The notes under the pieces were generated by a model. It saw only the letters and a program-made list of their open reading frames with translations. It made no database searches and was not told the origin of the DNA. Both the position numbers and the translations under genes were made by a program. A stretch of DNA of 64,000 nt from Eledone cirrhosa (taxonomy: Eukaryota). This document shows positions 13,340 through 26,615 of this stretch, piece by piece (the stretch's first letter is position 1; the number at the start of each line of letters is the position of its first letter). The DNA lies in the NCBI GenBank assembly GCA_964016885.1, contig OZ024749.1, positions 22,320,001 through 22,384,000 of the forward strand, read 5' to 3'.

Positions 13340-13394
<55 letters not shown>

Positions 13395-13396
<2 letters not shown>

Positions 13397-13604
13397 GTGG
13401 ACCCGCGCAGTTGCCGAGTGGTACCCGCGCGAGCGGAAACGACCACTCGGAAGGCCTCCACGAAAGTGGAGTTACGATTTTTGGAATATGATTGGGACTA
13501 CATGGATGAGGAAAGCACGATCCAGAGAGGAATGGACGGCGTGCTGTGACCAGCGGCGCCGAATGGACGCCCGACAGACTGGTCGGTCAAGGTGATCAAG
13601 GTGA
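13395..13604 (+). mobile_element. 3' fragment of an RTE-clade LINE
   Basis: W.PRERKRPLGRPPRKWSYD..W...AR.REEW motif followed by a (caaggtgat)2 tail. Confidence 0.8.
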
Positions 13605-13611
13605 TATATAT

Positions 13612-13792
13612 ACACGGAATCCTTCTGTAATTTGGTGAATGATCCCCTTATATTTCTCCCTCAACACAACCCTCTCCACCCTACTCTAATTTACTCATCC
13701 CTCCCCCAACCCTCACTCATTTCCTCTGCACCGCCCACCGTGAACATGTCATCATTAAAGAGTCTTCCAACTAATTTTTCCCGCCTTTCTAT
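13612..13792. repeat. Dispersed repeat, second copy at 21705-21890
   Basis: Shared acacggaa..ttctgtaatt..atttctccctcaacaca..tcatcattaaagagt..tccaact..cgcctttc. Confidence 0.7.
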
Positions 13793-13864
13793 CAGATATC
13801 ATTATAAAACTGACGAAATCTCCTTTAAGGTGTCATTTTGTAGGCGGCTAGATAAATAAATATA

Positions 13865-14510
13865 TAGATAGACATACAGCCTGCCCCCCCCCTATCATTA
13901 CAATACCCAAAACACCACGTTGGAGGACAGCTAAACCTATGTAGGAATGGGTTGTAACATTGTAACAACAACGATAAGTACTTGATAGACATACAGACTG
14001 TAGCCTCCATCATTAAAATACACAAGTAACCTCGTCGGGGACAGCTAAGCCTATATAGGAATGGTCTATAACAACACCAATATGTAGAGTGTTGATAGAA
14101 CTATGGCTCTTAAGTACCCACGAAACCTCTTTGGAGGACAGCTAAAGTAATGAACTGTAACAACAACAATATGTATAGCGTTCATAGGACTGGAGTCCCT
14201 TATCATTAAAATATACACGAAATATCTTATCATTCTATGAGATTTAACCTCGTAGGAGGTCAGCTAAACCTACATAGGAATGGGTCGTAACAATAACAAT
14301 ATAGAGAGTATTGATAGAACTGGGGCCCTATCATTAAAGTAAATACCCAATAAACATCGTAGGAGATCAGTTGAATCTGTATAGGTGTGGGCCGTAACAA
14401 AAACATTATGTAGAGTGTTGTTAGGACTGGGGCCCCCACCATTAAAACGCCCAATAAACCTCTTATAAGGTGTAACCTCGTAGAAGATCAGCTGAATCTA
14501 TATAGGTGAT
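13865..14510. repeat. Degenerate tandem repeat, about 110 bp unit
   Basis: Recurring cagctaaacctat.taggaatgggt.gtaacaa..ttgatagaact..tcattaaa. Confidence 0.8.
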
Positions 14511-14524
14511 CATCATTATCATCA

Positions 14525-14712
14525 GAGTGGATTAGCAGTATCGGTAGAGGATCGGACACCATGCTTTGTAGCATAGAGTTACGGTCCTTTACGGTCTGAG
14601 TTCAAATCCCGCCGAGTTTAACTTTGCCTTTCCTCCTTACGGGGTCGATACAATAAAGTACCAGTAATGCACTGGGGTAATTGCTGGCCTTGTGCCAAAA
14701 GTGGAAACAATT
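14525..14712 (+). mobile_element. tRNA-derived SINE family A
   Basis: A and B boxes, body and tail as in the other copies. Confidence 0.9.
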
Positions 14713-15019
14713 ACCATCCTTATCATCACGATGATGACGATGATGATGATCATCATCATCGTCACCACCACCACCTCCACCACCACCATCCAAAGCAGCC
14801 AAGAACCATATTCCGAATTCTGTCTAAACTCTAATTCTTCAACTTCCTTCACCCCGCAATCTCCTCTTCCTCTAACTTCTCCTCATATCCCACTCCTTAT
14901 CATATACCTCTTCCACAAACGAAACTAAAACATATCTATTACTGTCCCTCCCCCAGTCATACTGTATATAAGAATATTTATCTCTCTATTTATCTGACAA
15001 TTTATCTATCTGTCTATCT

Positions 15020-15275
15020 AGAGAGAAAAAGGAAGAAAGGGGCACTTGCACAATGCGCTCCTGAAGTTGAGGGTTGTTCTATCGAAGGGGTATTAAACAA
15101 CCCATTTGTGGCGCCTCCCCCCTATTGGAGATTTCGATTGTTAAATTTGTTTGTTGAAAATATTTTTACACGACTGTATGTAAAATCCTCGGCATGTGTC
15201 TTTGTATTGTCCCCTTTTCTTATGCACCCTTTTAGCAAATAAAGAAATATCTATCTATCTGTCTATCTATCTATC

Positions 15276-15338
<63 letters not shown>

Positions 15339-15349
15339 ATATCTATCTA

Positions 15350-15382
<33 letters not shown>

Positions 15383-15697
15383 TTCTGTCTATCTATCTAT
15401 CTATCTATCTATCTCCCTATTTATCTATCTATCTATCTATCTTTCTATCTGAGGAAGACAAACGAAAGGAAGACGGGAACACCTACAAAACGGGTTCCTG
15501 GTTTTGAGGGTTGTTCTATCTACAGGGTGTAAAACAACCCCGCAGTAACGTCCCCCCCCCCATTGGGGATTTCAATTGTTTTATTTTATATATAGTTTAT
15601 TGTTATTCATTATTGTTACAGATTTTATGTAAAACCCCTGGCGTCACATCTTGTAATGTTCCATTTTTGTACGCCCTTGTGGCAAATAAAGAAAGAT
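15020..15697 (+). mobile_element. Two 5'-truncated Tx1-like 3' UTR fragments (15020-15250, 15450-15697) separated by (CTAT)n
   Basis: Both align to 5105-5352 (ttgttctatc..ggggtgtaaaacaaccc..gcaaataaagaaa). Confidence 0.8.
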
Positions 15698-15710
15698 CTC
15701 TCTCTCTCAC

Positions 15711-15759
<49 letters not shown>

Positions 15760-15761
15760 AG

Positions 15762-18700
15762 AAGTGGTGGAGAGGCGGTAAGAGTGTTAAGCTCGCACTC
15801 ATCTCCTCTCACCACCTCATTGAAAGACGTCGAAAATGTCGTCAGTTTTGAAAACACGATGTCGAACGTTGATTGTAACATCAACACTAACACAAACACC
15901 AATAACATGCAAAATATAACCAACACCACCAACAACAACAATAATGACAACAAAAACAACAAGAACAACAGCAACAATGATAACAACAACACCATCAACA
16001 ACAACAGCAACACGAACAACTCCACGAACAAGGAAAATATTTCCTTTGCCCAAACTGCGAAAAAAAACCTTGAATACCTGCCAGTAGACATAATCAACGC
16101 TAAGGAGCTACTGGTAGAAGCCAAAAAATACATAGTACACGGGGAAAATTGATCATTTTCGATACACTCCCCCCCCACCCCACACCCCGGAACTAAAAAG
16201 TCAGAGACTCCTAAACACAGTGATGTTTAGGACAGTGTTAAATAAAACGAAAAGACCAGCTCAACCATCACAGAGTGAGATAGAGCTGGTCTTAAAAGAT
16301 GTATTGAAAGACATTCTGTTCATACAAAAGGATAGACTCTATGGGAGTCTATCCATTCTCATGAAGGACCAGGACACGGCAAAAAAACTTTCGGTAAAAC
16401 CTATTACATCCACCGCATACAACTTCTACCCTACGTACATGAGTAGAAGGTTACAGAAAATAAAAATACACACCATTCTTCCAATTATAGACATATGGTG
16501 GATGTTAACAGGTTTTCTTGACCTGAACGATGACATATTAATATCCATGGGAAAGGCATCGGGTGACGCGTTCAGTGGAACGGGCCTCGAACTTTTAGTT
16601 CAAATGAGGCCCGAAAATATCGCCCAGATCCCTGAACGCGTCATACTGGATGACCAAATTTTATAAACATTACCGTTGAGGGTAGGCGGCCCTCGTGTTA
16701 CCTCTATGGAACCAGAGGTCACCTGAAGGCTGTCTGTCCTCAACTTAAAAATAAAATTCCAATTCTGCCCACACCACCAACAACTACACAACCAACACAA
16801 TCACCACCACCACCATTACAAAAACAACAACCACAAGTTAACACAAAACAAAACACTGTCCACCCCAATCCCCACACTAAAAAAACAATTTCCAAAACAC
16901 CCACACCGCAAACACTACCCGAAAATTTACCCCTCCCCTCCAAGACGGAAGACGACCCCCGTGCGTCGTCAGACGAGGGGGAGCATTTCCAAAAAGTTAA
17001 AAGAAAGAAAAGAAAACACCTCAGACACACAAATAAAAACAACCCCTCCCCAAAACATAACACAGACATCAACACAAAAGAACACACAACAACAGCAAAC
17101 AAAAAGCACCACACAAAAACAAAAATATGCATACACATACATAAACACAAGAAACAAAAAACTGTTACACATTATTTATAATAACAATGCTTTTTAGCAT
17201 AGTTACGTCCCTTTACAGTCTGAGTTCAAATCCCGTCGAGGTTAACTTTGCCTTTCATCCTTGTGGGGTCGATAAAATAAAGTACCAGTAATGTACTGGG
17301 TATTTGCTGGCCTTGTGCTAAAAGTAAAAACAATTATTTATAATAACAATTTGGTAAAATTCGAAGGGCCTAACTTCACCCAGGCAGGGGATTTCCCCCA
17401 CCTCAAAATGATAAAAGTCCCAGGGGACATATACAAAACTTTAAGGACAATTTTAAAGAGGACGTGAGCCCCCTGCTGATAGAACCCATAGACAGAGACC
17501 CGGTTACTGGAAACTGAACTTGTCCTTACCGGCAAGTAAAGTGTACAAAGACCGGATTAGTACTTTAGTTAAGGAGCGGTTGACGGGAGCGATCGTCAAT
17601 AGTTCAATAGTTGGTAGATAGTGTAGGGAGGCAATTAGAAGCGGCGACGGGGCCAAAATGCTAGCGTCGAGAACGGCCTTGGGCCAGTTCTTTGACGCGA
17701 AGCACGAAGGCTGCGTTGTCCGAAGCAAAATACGTGCTCTAGGAAACGAGGGGACCAAAGCTGTTAGCTGGACCCGCGTGACAGAAGCCAAAAGAGGAAT
17801 TAGATCCTCTATCCGGTCTTTGCGAGACCAGGATGGACGGGTGATCCTTGAACCTAAGCAGATGTGTGAGGCCTTTCAAAGGCACTTTACCCGATTGTTC
17901 GGGAGGGGAGGGGGGCCGGATTGGGATGTGGACTTCGGTCCATACCTCAACGGCCTGCCGCGTCTTTCGGACGAGGAGGCGAAGTCCTGCGAGGGGCCGA
18001 TTTCAGCTGCTGAGATAGGGGACGTGCTGAGCCGATGCGGCAAACGCAAATCCCGGGCTTCAATGGTCTTCCATACGAACTATATCTAGCTATGCCGGAC
18101 TTGTTCCCCGATCTCCTCGAGGCGGTCTACTGCAACTGGCTGGCAACATAACGGAAGAATTCCCTGTTCTGTGACCAAGGGCGTAGTCTCGCTAGTGAGG
18201 AAGGACGAGAACAAGGGGGACGAAATAAGTAATTTCTGCTAAATGCAGAGTTAAAATTTTGGAAAAGAGATTGGCGCTTGTCGTGGGCAACCTGGTGGGA
18301 GATGCGCAGACATGTGCTATCCCGTCCAGGTCCATCCACGACAACCTCCACCTTATGCGATACATTATAGAGAGGGTTGGGAACGAACCCGGCTTTGGTG
18401 GGGCCCTGATCAACTTGGATCAATCTAGGGCGTTCGATAGGGTCGACCATGGTTACCTGGATGCGGTGCTAGCGGCGGTAGATTTCGGACCCGTTTTCAG
18501 GGGCTGGATCACAACAGTCGCATCTGCTCTAGAGTCAAGGTGAACGGCTACCACTCGGAGCCGTTCGAAATCACGCGGTCCATCCGACAAGGGCGCCCGC
18601 TCTCCTCCCTTCTGTATGTATTGGCCCTCGAGCCACTGCTGCAGAAGTTGGAGTTGTTGCAGGGCATCCCGTTGGAACCGGGATTGCGGAAAGCGGTGTC

Positions 18701-20300
18701 GGCCTACGCCGATGACGTAACAGTAATGGTGTCGACCGCTTCGCAAATCAGGGCGATCGGCACCTTACTGGAGGAGTATGAAAGGTTTACAGGGGCTAAC
18801 CCGAACCGGTACAAGTCGATCGGGTTGCAACTCGGCACGTGGAGGGGAAAATCGATGCCCTCCTATTGCGTCGTCGTCGGCCGGTGAAGTTGCTCGGGGT
18901 CTGGTTCGGACCAGACCTCCAGGTGGAGAAGAACTGTGGTGGGTAACGAACTGGGTGTTTGCACTAACCCAGAAGTGGGCCGAGTGCAAACTATTCCTGA
19001 AAGGTCGGGCGGAGGTGGCGAACACTTATATAGTGTCCGTCATCTACTACCGCCTGACCGTCGTGCCTTGCCCAAGGGAAACGCTCACTAAAATGGAGCG
19101 CGCACTCTTCCAATTCCTTTGGAAGAAGCGGGCCCCTTTGGTGGGGAGATCCATCTGCTGTCAACACTCTTCGAAAGGAGGGCTGGGGATGCCTTGGCTG
19201 CTGATGTGTAAACACGCATTATGGCTACGGCACCTCCAGGTATTCCTCACCGGTCAACCGCTGTGAGCCCCGTTTGTGAGACGAACCTTTCCGAGACTCG
19301 TCTCACTCACCGAGCTGCAATCCTGGGTCAAGCAAAGACCGAGAAAACTGGGCGCCTGGCACACCGAGTGTGCCCAGGCGCTCACGGCTCTCTGGCAGGC
19401 GGACCCGACTATCAGTGGTGAATCCACCTCGACAATCTATAGAAGGCTGGTACGCAGCAGGTGAGACGACGCTCTCGGCGAAGCCCTAGGCATGGAGGAA
19501 GACGAACTGGCCAGCCTGTTCGGTAGGACATTTATCCCGGGACCCATGGACAACTTCCAGAGGTCCCTGGACTGGCACTGCTACCGAGGGGCTCTGCCCC
19601 TTCGAGAAAAGCTCTACAGACCCGGTTTCCTGGGTAAGGACCCCTCGAAAAAGATTGTCCCAGATGCGTGCGCGACGAGGAAACCGTCGCGCATGCATTG
19701 GTAAACTGCCCGGGCGTCGCCGATCTGTGGGGCTATGTCGAACGACTGCTGTCACGGGTGGGACCTATCCGGTTGACCACCGAGTCCATTATAACGATCA
19801 AGCCGCCTCGCCACTTCAAAAATGAAGGAGAGGAGGTGTTTCTGTGCGTAATAGCCATGGTGAAAGAGGCTGTATGGTGGACGCGTTTGAAAGGACTGAG
19901 GTCAGACACCTTTCTCTCTGGCCAACAACTGGTCCTTTTCTTCCGATATCATTTCGGAAGAAGGATCAGGATGGAGAGAGAGGTGCTCCACCCCAGCCAG
20001 TTTTATGATGATGGGTGAAAGTGGCGAGAATGGCCCGTGTGAATGGGCCTTCTCTCTATATCAGCCTGTAGGTGAAAAAGATGGAAGAACAAGGGAGCAC
20101 CCTCTCTCTGCGCTCCTGAGGAGAAGGGTTGCACACTTTTTCGGGGGGGTGTGCGACCCCAAAAACGCCTCCTCCCTATTGAGGACTTTATTGTTAATTT
20201 TATATTTGTTATTTGTTTTTTTACTCGTTCTTTTGTGTAAACTCCCCCCTTTGTATTTGTCCCCTTCTTTTGCGCCCTCGTGGCAATAAATAGAAACATA
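15762..20300 (+). mobile_element. Decayed Tx1/L1-clade LINE with the APE region deleted
   Basis: ORF1 remnants (N-rich, ISFAQTAKK); RT fragments (DQSRAFDRVDH, AYADD) homologous to the 5880-11925 element; AATAAA at the 3' end; (CTAT)n flanks. Confidence 0.9.
17189..17335 (+). mobile_element. 5'-truncated SINE family A inserted in the LINE, with 18 bp target site duplication
   Basis: attatttataataacaat at both 17171-17188 and 17333-17350. Confidence 0.85.
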
Positions 20301-20359
20301 TCTATATTTCTATGTACCTAACTATCCATCTATCTATCTATTTATTTATCTATATATCG

Positions 20360-20391
<32 letters not shown>

Positions 20392-20393
<2 letters not shown>

Positions 20394-20540
20394 CGAAGGA
20401 GTTGTGGTAAGGAACCAGATGGACCATAACGCACCCGAGTACTCAATACTTAGGGTAGTAGGTGGGTAATAGGAAAATGTATGACCCCGACGGCGGAGCT
20501 CAAACCCCGTTCGACGGCTATTTCTGGACTAGTCCAGATG
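20392..20540 (-). mobile_element. PLE-type end family (also 57470-57664, 60266-60340, 61001-61205)
   Basis: Shared gtattgagtac..tatggtccatctggttccttaccaca..cgtt end abutting (TA)n; carries the 3' half of a hammerhead. Confidence 0.75.
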
Positions 20541-20715
20541 TATGTATGTATGTATGTATGTATGTATGTATGTATGTATGTATGTATGTATGTGTGTGTT
20601 TTTGTATGTGTAAATGACTTCTATAGGAATAGTATTGTTTCATTCATGTGATATGCATATTATAGTTGTGTTGTATTGCAGGATTTTCGCGTTACAGAGT
20701 GCGTATGTACTACTA

Positions 20716-20768
<53 letters not shown>

Positions 20769-20773
<5 letters not shown>

Positions 20774-21687
20774 AAAAGTTATGAAACGAAAGGAGCTGTG
20801 TGGTTACTAAAAACAAGGTTTAGGATGGTGGTTAGGACGGAACAGGAGGAGAGAGGAAGAAAGGAGTTTTCATCGTCAGCTGTAAATGTATCCCGAACCG
20901 ATGTTTCGGCGCTGAATTACAGGACATCGGTGTAGTTTGGGTGCGCCCGAGGCCTTTTATTAATCAAAAGGCCAGGTGGAAAAAGAGAGAGAAAAAGATA
21001 GAACAAAAGGAGAGAGAAAAGGAAAGAGAGGGAAAGGAGGAAAAACAGGGGGAAAAGATGAGGAGAGAGGGAGAGGGGGAAAAATAGGAAAGGAATGGAA
21101 GAAAAAAAGTGTACAGGTCCCATCATGGGAAGACACAGGTGAAAGAAACATGCAAAAAAGTAACCGTGGAAAAATAGGGAAAGTAAGTTGTGGCCAACCT
21201 GGGAGACTTTAGCCTGGTGGTCAGCTACGACTCAGAGCTGGTATAATCGTGCTGCCTCTCGTATAGACAGGAGAAAGTGAGAGAGACACACGGCCAGCCA
21301 AAAGGGAGGAGAAGGGAAAGGGAGATAATCCAGAAGGTTTTTTTTACGACGGTGGTAAAAACGTGCCGTAAAGATTGCGGGTAGAGAGGCCACCACGGCA
21401 CATGTAAACATGTCAACAATCAAAACCGAACGGATGGATAGAGAGAGAGAGGGAGAGAGAATAAAAACAAGAGTGAGGAGAGGGAAGAGAGAGGGGAGGG
21501 TCGATGCGAAAGTGTGGAGGGTACAAAGATCGACCAAAGCAGGTAGGGTCACGGCGGTAAATACAAAAAGTTATGAAACGAAAGGAGCTGTGTGGTTACT
21601 AAAAACAAGGTTTAGGATGGTGGTTAGGACGGAACAGGGGGAGAAAGGAAGAAAGGAGTTTCCATCGTCAGCTGTAAATGTATCCCG
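20769..21687 (-). mobile_element. Non-coding, terminally redundant retrozyme-like element, 792 bp unit
   Basis: About 127 bp direct repeats at 20769-20895 and 21561-21687, microsatellite flanks, no credible ORF. Confidence 0.75.
20868..20941 (-). ncRNA. Non-circularly permuted hammerhead ribozyme candidate
   Basis: ACCGAUGU-C-CUGUAA-UUCAGCGCC-GAA-ACAUCGGU-linker-UUACAG-CUGACGA. Perfect 8 bp stem III and 6 bp stem I, GUC triplet. Confidence 0.7.
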
Positions 21688-22224
21688 TATACATACATAC
21701 ACACACACGGAATTCTGTAATTTTGTGAAAGATGCTCTCGTATTTCTCCCTCAACACATCCCCTCCCATCCTACTCTACCTTTCTACTTCACTCACCATT
21801 GCTTCAACCCTCTCTAATTTCCCCTTTACTCCCACCCTGAAGGTGTCATCATTAAAGAGTTTTCCAACTAACTGTTCGCGCCTTTCCACTCTCCATGTCT
21901 ATTTACAGATAATCCAACATATTTCACATTTCCGTTCCACCGAGTTGTCTCCCTTCACGAAACATTTGCGGAAATCTTCAATTTACCTAACTAACGACAT
22001 ACATAATGTTATACATACATACATACATACATACTTACCAACCTACCTCTCTCCCTACCTTTCTACCTACCTACCTACCTACCTACCTACTCACCTGCCT
22101 AGTCACATGACCAATTCTGCACAATGGCGCAGAGACATTCTGTTTTCTCTGGATGTTATATAAGACATGTATTCACGCAGAGAACATACAAGCATATATA
22201 CATACATACACACACACATATATA

Positions 22225-22340
<116 letters not shown>

Positions 22341-22431
22341 GTATATATATATATAAGTATATATATATATATGTATACATATATATTTTACTGATATTAC
22401 TCATATATATGTATATATATTATATATATTT

Positions 22432-22463
<32 letters not shown>

Positions 22464-22560
22464 ATATATAGATATATATAATATATATATATATATATAT
22501 AGATATATAGATATCAGTAATATATACATATGTATATGTATATATATCAGTAATATATAC

Positions 22561-22619
<59 letters not shown>

Positions 22620-22697
22620 CCCATAAGTATACATACAAACATACATGCATATACATATACACATCCACGTATATATATGTATATATCTTATATATAT

Positions 22698-22775
<78 letters not shown>

Positions 22776-23193
22776 TATACACACATAACTATGGCAACGA
22801 CACGAAATACAATAATAACCCGGATGATGACACGAAATAGATATTCTTGCAAGCAACCAGCCAACCAAAAGATGCATCCTTCTGGTGCAACTGCTTGCAG
22901 CTACCTGCAACTAATCTAAGCTATATTCGACTGCTTAATTAAGTAGATCAGGTGACTGCATATATCCGACAACACTTCACCTACACCACCTCCACTTACA
23001 CGCCACCACGCCCCCTCACCATTAACTCCCCTCTTTTTTCCCTTTTCCCATCAACGCAGTAATTCCATTTCTCACTAACCAGACAAACTTCAACGTGAAT
23101 TATGTCTTCAGCGTTTCAAGTTATCCTCTGTATTTCTCGTTTTCCTTCGTTATCAGAATTTTCGTTTATCCCTTTAATTACATGGTATTATTA

Positions 23194-24062
23194 GTGCAGT
23201 GAATTGGCAGACTCGGTTGAGCGTCAGCATATAGTTACACCCACTTAAGTTCTGAGTTCTGAGTTCAAATCCCGCCGAGGTTAGCTTTGCCTTTCTTCCT
23301 TACGGGATCGATAAAATAAAGTACTAATCACGCACTGGGGTCGATTTAATCGACTTTCCCCTCCTCCAAAATTGCTGGCCTTGTGCCTATATAACAAACC
23401 ATTAATAGTGCGGTGAATTGGCAGACTCGGTTGAGCGTCAGCCAAAATGATTTGCGGCATATAGTTACATCCCTTTCAGTCTGAGTTCAAATCCCGCCGA
23501 GGTTAGCTTTGCCTTTCTTCCTTACGGGGTCCATAAAACAAGGTACCATTGATGCACTGCGATAATTGCTGGCCTTGTGCCAAAAGTAGAAACAATTATT
23601 AGTGTGATAGATTGGCAGACTCGGCAGAGGGTCAGCCGAAATGATTTGCGGCATATAGTTACGTCCATTTCAGTTCTAAGTTCAAATCCCGCCGAGGTTA
23701 GCTTTGCCTTTCTTCCTTACGGGGTCAATAAAATAAAGTACCAGTAACGCACTGGCGTCGATTTAATCACCTTCACCATCTCCCTTTAAATTGCTGGCCT
23801 TGTGCGTAAATCAGAAACAGTTATTATTATTGTTTTTGTTAAGGGTGGTGGACTGGCAGTAATCGGTAGAGCGTCAACTAACATGCTTTGCGGCATATAG
23901 TTACGTCCCTTTACCTTCTGAGTTCAGATCCCGCCGAGATTAGCTGTACCGTACATCCTTACAAAATCGACAACATAAAGTACCAGTAATACACTGGACT
24001 CGATATAATCGACTTTAGCCTCCCCTAAAAATTGCTTGCCTTGTGCCTAAATCAGGAACCAC
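23194..24062 (+). mobile_element. Head-to-tail array of four SINE family A copies
   Basis: Units start near 23194, 23408, 23601 and 23842, each with tggcag..cggt.gag and gagttcaaatcccgccgag. Confidence 0.9.
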
Positions 24063-24999
24063 TAATTACACATAGCTATGGTAACTGTTGGCTGTTAATG
24101 GTTAAATCTTGGGTTTTAGCTTTCTGTTCTTGTATATAAACATGCGTGCGTAATATTCGTTACAATTTGTGCTGAGAAACGGATGTTTATTGCTCAAAAC
24201 AGCCCCAGGTTTAGTCCTATGAGAATAAGTCAGACATATAAATCATCATCGCAGACATCTTGCTCTGCCAAGACAGGCGAAATTCTGTAAGACTAGGCCC
24301 AGCCTAATTCTTCTTCCCTACCAGACAACTTTAGACAGAAATGTACATACATAAAACACATATTTTCTCGAATTCTGTCTTATTTATTGACAGATATATA
24401 TGTATAAATACATACACATATACACATACATAAACAAATACATACATATATACATATGCATATACATACATGCATGTGCATTCATACCCACACCCACAAA
24501 CGCACACGCAAATATATATATATATATTTGGTGACGATGATGATGTTGTATATATATATATATGTAAAAGGTAAACAGAAATAACAACACAATCGGTACA
24601 GTATATGGAAGGGATATATTAGCTTAACGCTTCAACAACACAATCTAACAACAAACTAAAACTCCAACAACACCATGACTCAATCTCACAACAAACTGTC
24701 TTTCCAACAACATAATCCAACAACAAACAATCGCCCCAACAGTACCACGAGATAATGCCACAACTGTTGCTCTAACAGTACGGTAACACAATCCCATCAC
24801 TGACTGTGCCCCACAACACAACAGCAACAGCACAACAGTGGCTCACATCTACCTCAACCCACTACACACCCTCCCACCAAACTTATCACTGACCCAGACA
24901 TGGTTTCAACATCCTTTTCAACAATCTGACATTTCACAAATGGAAAGCTCAACTATGCGAGCTTGCTTCACAATCAACTTAATAATAATCATTGTTATT

Positions 25000-26075
25000 T
25001 TTCATCACCATCACCATCACCATCACCATCACCACCACCACCACCATCATCATCATGATCACCATCATCATCCTCATCGTCACCATCATCACCATCATCA
25101 CCATCACCATCACTATCAGCATCATCATCACCATCACCACCACCACCATCATCATCATGATCACCATCATCATCCTCATCGTCACCATCATCACCATCAT
25201 CACCATCACCATCACTATCAGCATCATCATCACCACCATCATCACCACCACCATCACCACAATAATCACCACCACCACCCCACCATCACCAACACCACCA
25301 TCGTCACAATAATCACCACCACCACCTCCATAATCACCATCACCACCACCACCACCACCGTCGCCACAATAATCACCACCACCACCCAACACCACCACCA
25401 CCACCACCATCACCACAATAATCACCACCACCACCATCACCACCATCATCATCATCATGATCACCATCATCATCATCATCATCACCATCATCACCATCAC
25501 CATCATCATCACCTCACCATCATCATCATCATCACCACCATCACCACAATAATCACCACCACCGCCAACAACAACAACAACAACAACAACCCCACCACCA
25601 CCAACATCGCCATCGCCACAATAATCACTACCGCCACCACCACTACCACCACACTCACCATCGCCACAATAATCACCACCACCATCCAACACCACCACCA
25701 CCACCATCGCCACAATAATCACCACCGCCACCATCGCCACAATAATCACCACCACCACCATCGCCACAATAATCACCACCACCATCCAACACCACCACCG
25801 CCACCATCACCACAATAATCACCACCACCACCACGACCATCGCCACAATAATCACCACCACCAGCACCACCATCGCCACAATAATCACCACCACCATCCA
25901 ACACCACCACCGCCACCATCACCACAATAACCACCACCACCACCACCACCACCACCACAATCATCGCCACAATAATCACCACCACCAGCACCACCATCGC
26001 CACAATAATCACCACCACCACCATCCAACACCACCACCGCCGCCACCACCACCACCACCACCACCACCACCACCG
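25000..26075. repeat. (CAC/CAT)n low-complexity tract and minisatellite
   Basis: Recurring caccatcgccacaataatcaccacc units. Confidence 0.9.
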
Positions 26076-26259
26076 ATATTGTTGTTGTTTCTTTTGTTGT
26101 TAATGTTTTTGGTGTTGTTGTTGTTGTCTTTTATTTACAATGTCTTAAATGTTTTTTTTATTTTTTATTTCAACAGTAAACATCAGAGATCTTGTCTACG
26201 TCTGCCAGATTCTATAACATTGAAACGCTGTGAATGTGAATAATGTCTTATTATACCGG

Positions 26260-26615
26260 ACGATTGGCAGTATCGGTAGAGAGTCGGACACCATGCTCTG
26301 CAGCACAGAGTTACGGCCGTTTACGGTCTGAGTTCAAATCACGCCGAGGTTAACTTAAATAAAGTACCAGTAATGCACTGGTGTCGATTTAATCGACTCT
26401 TCCCTCATCCCAAATTACTGGCCTTGTGCCTGTACTAGAAATCATTATTGTCAGACACCCTTTTTTGCCACATAGAGTAACGGCCCTTTACGGTCTGAGT
26501 TCAAATCCCGCCGAGGTTAGCTTTGCCTTTCCTCCTTCCGGTGTCGATAAAATAAAGCACCAGTAATGCACTGGGGTAATTGCTAGCCTTGTGCCAAAAG
26601 TAGAAACAATTATTA
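26260..26615 (+). mobile_element. Two SINE family A copies (26260-26448, 26465-26615)
   Basis: B box and body motifs present in both. Confidence 0.85.

Noticed and set aside
24838-25818. 326 aa His-rich ORF
   Set aside because: Translation of (CAC/CAT)n repeats; no ATG start, domain or splice support.
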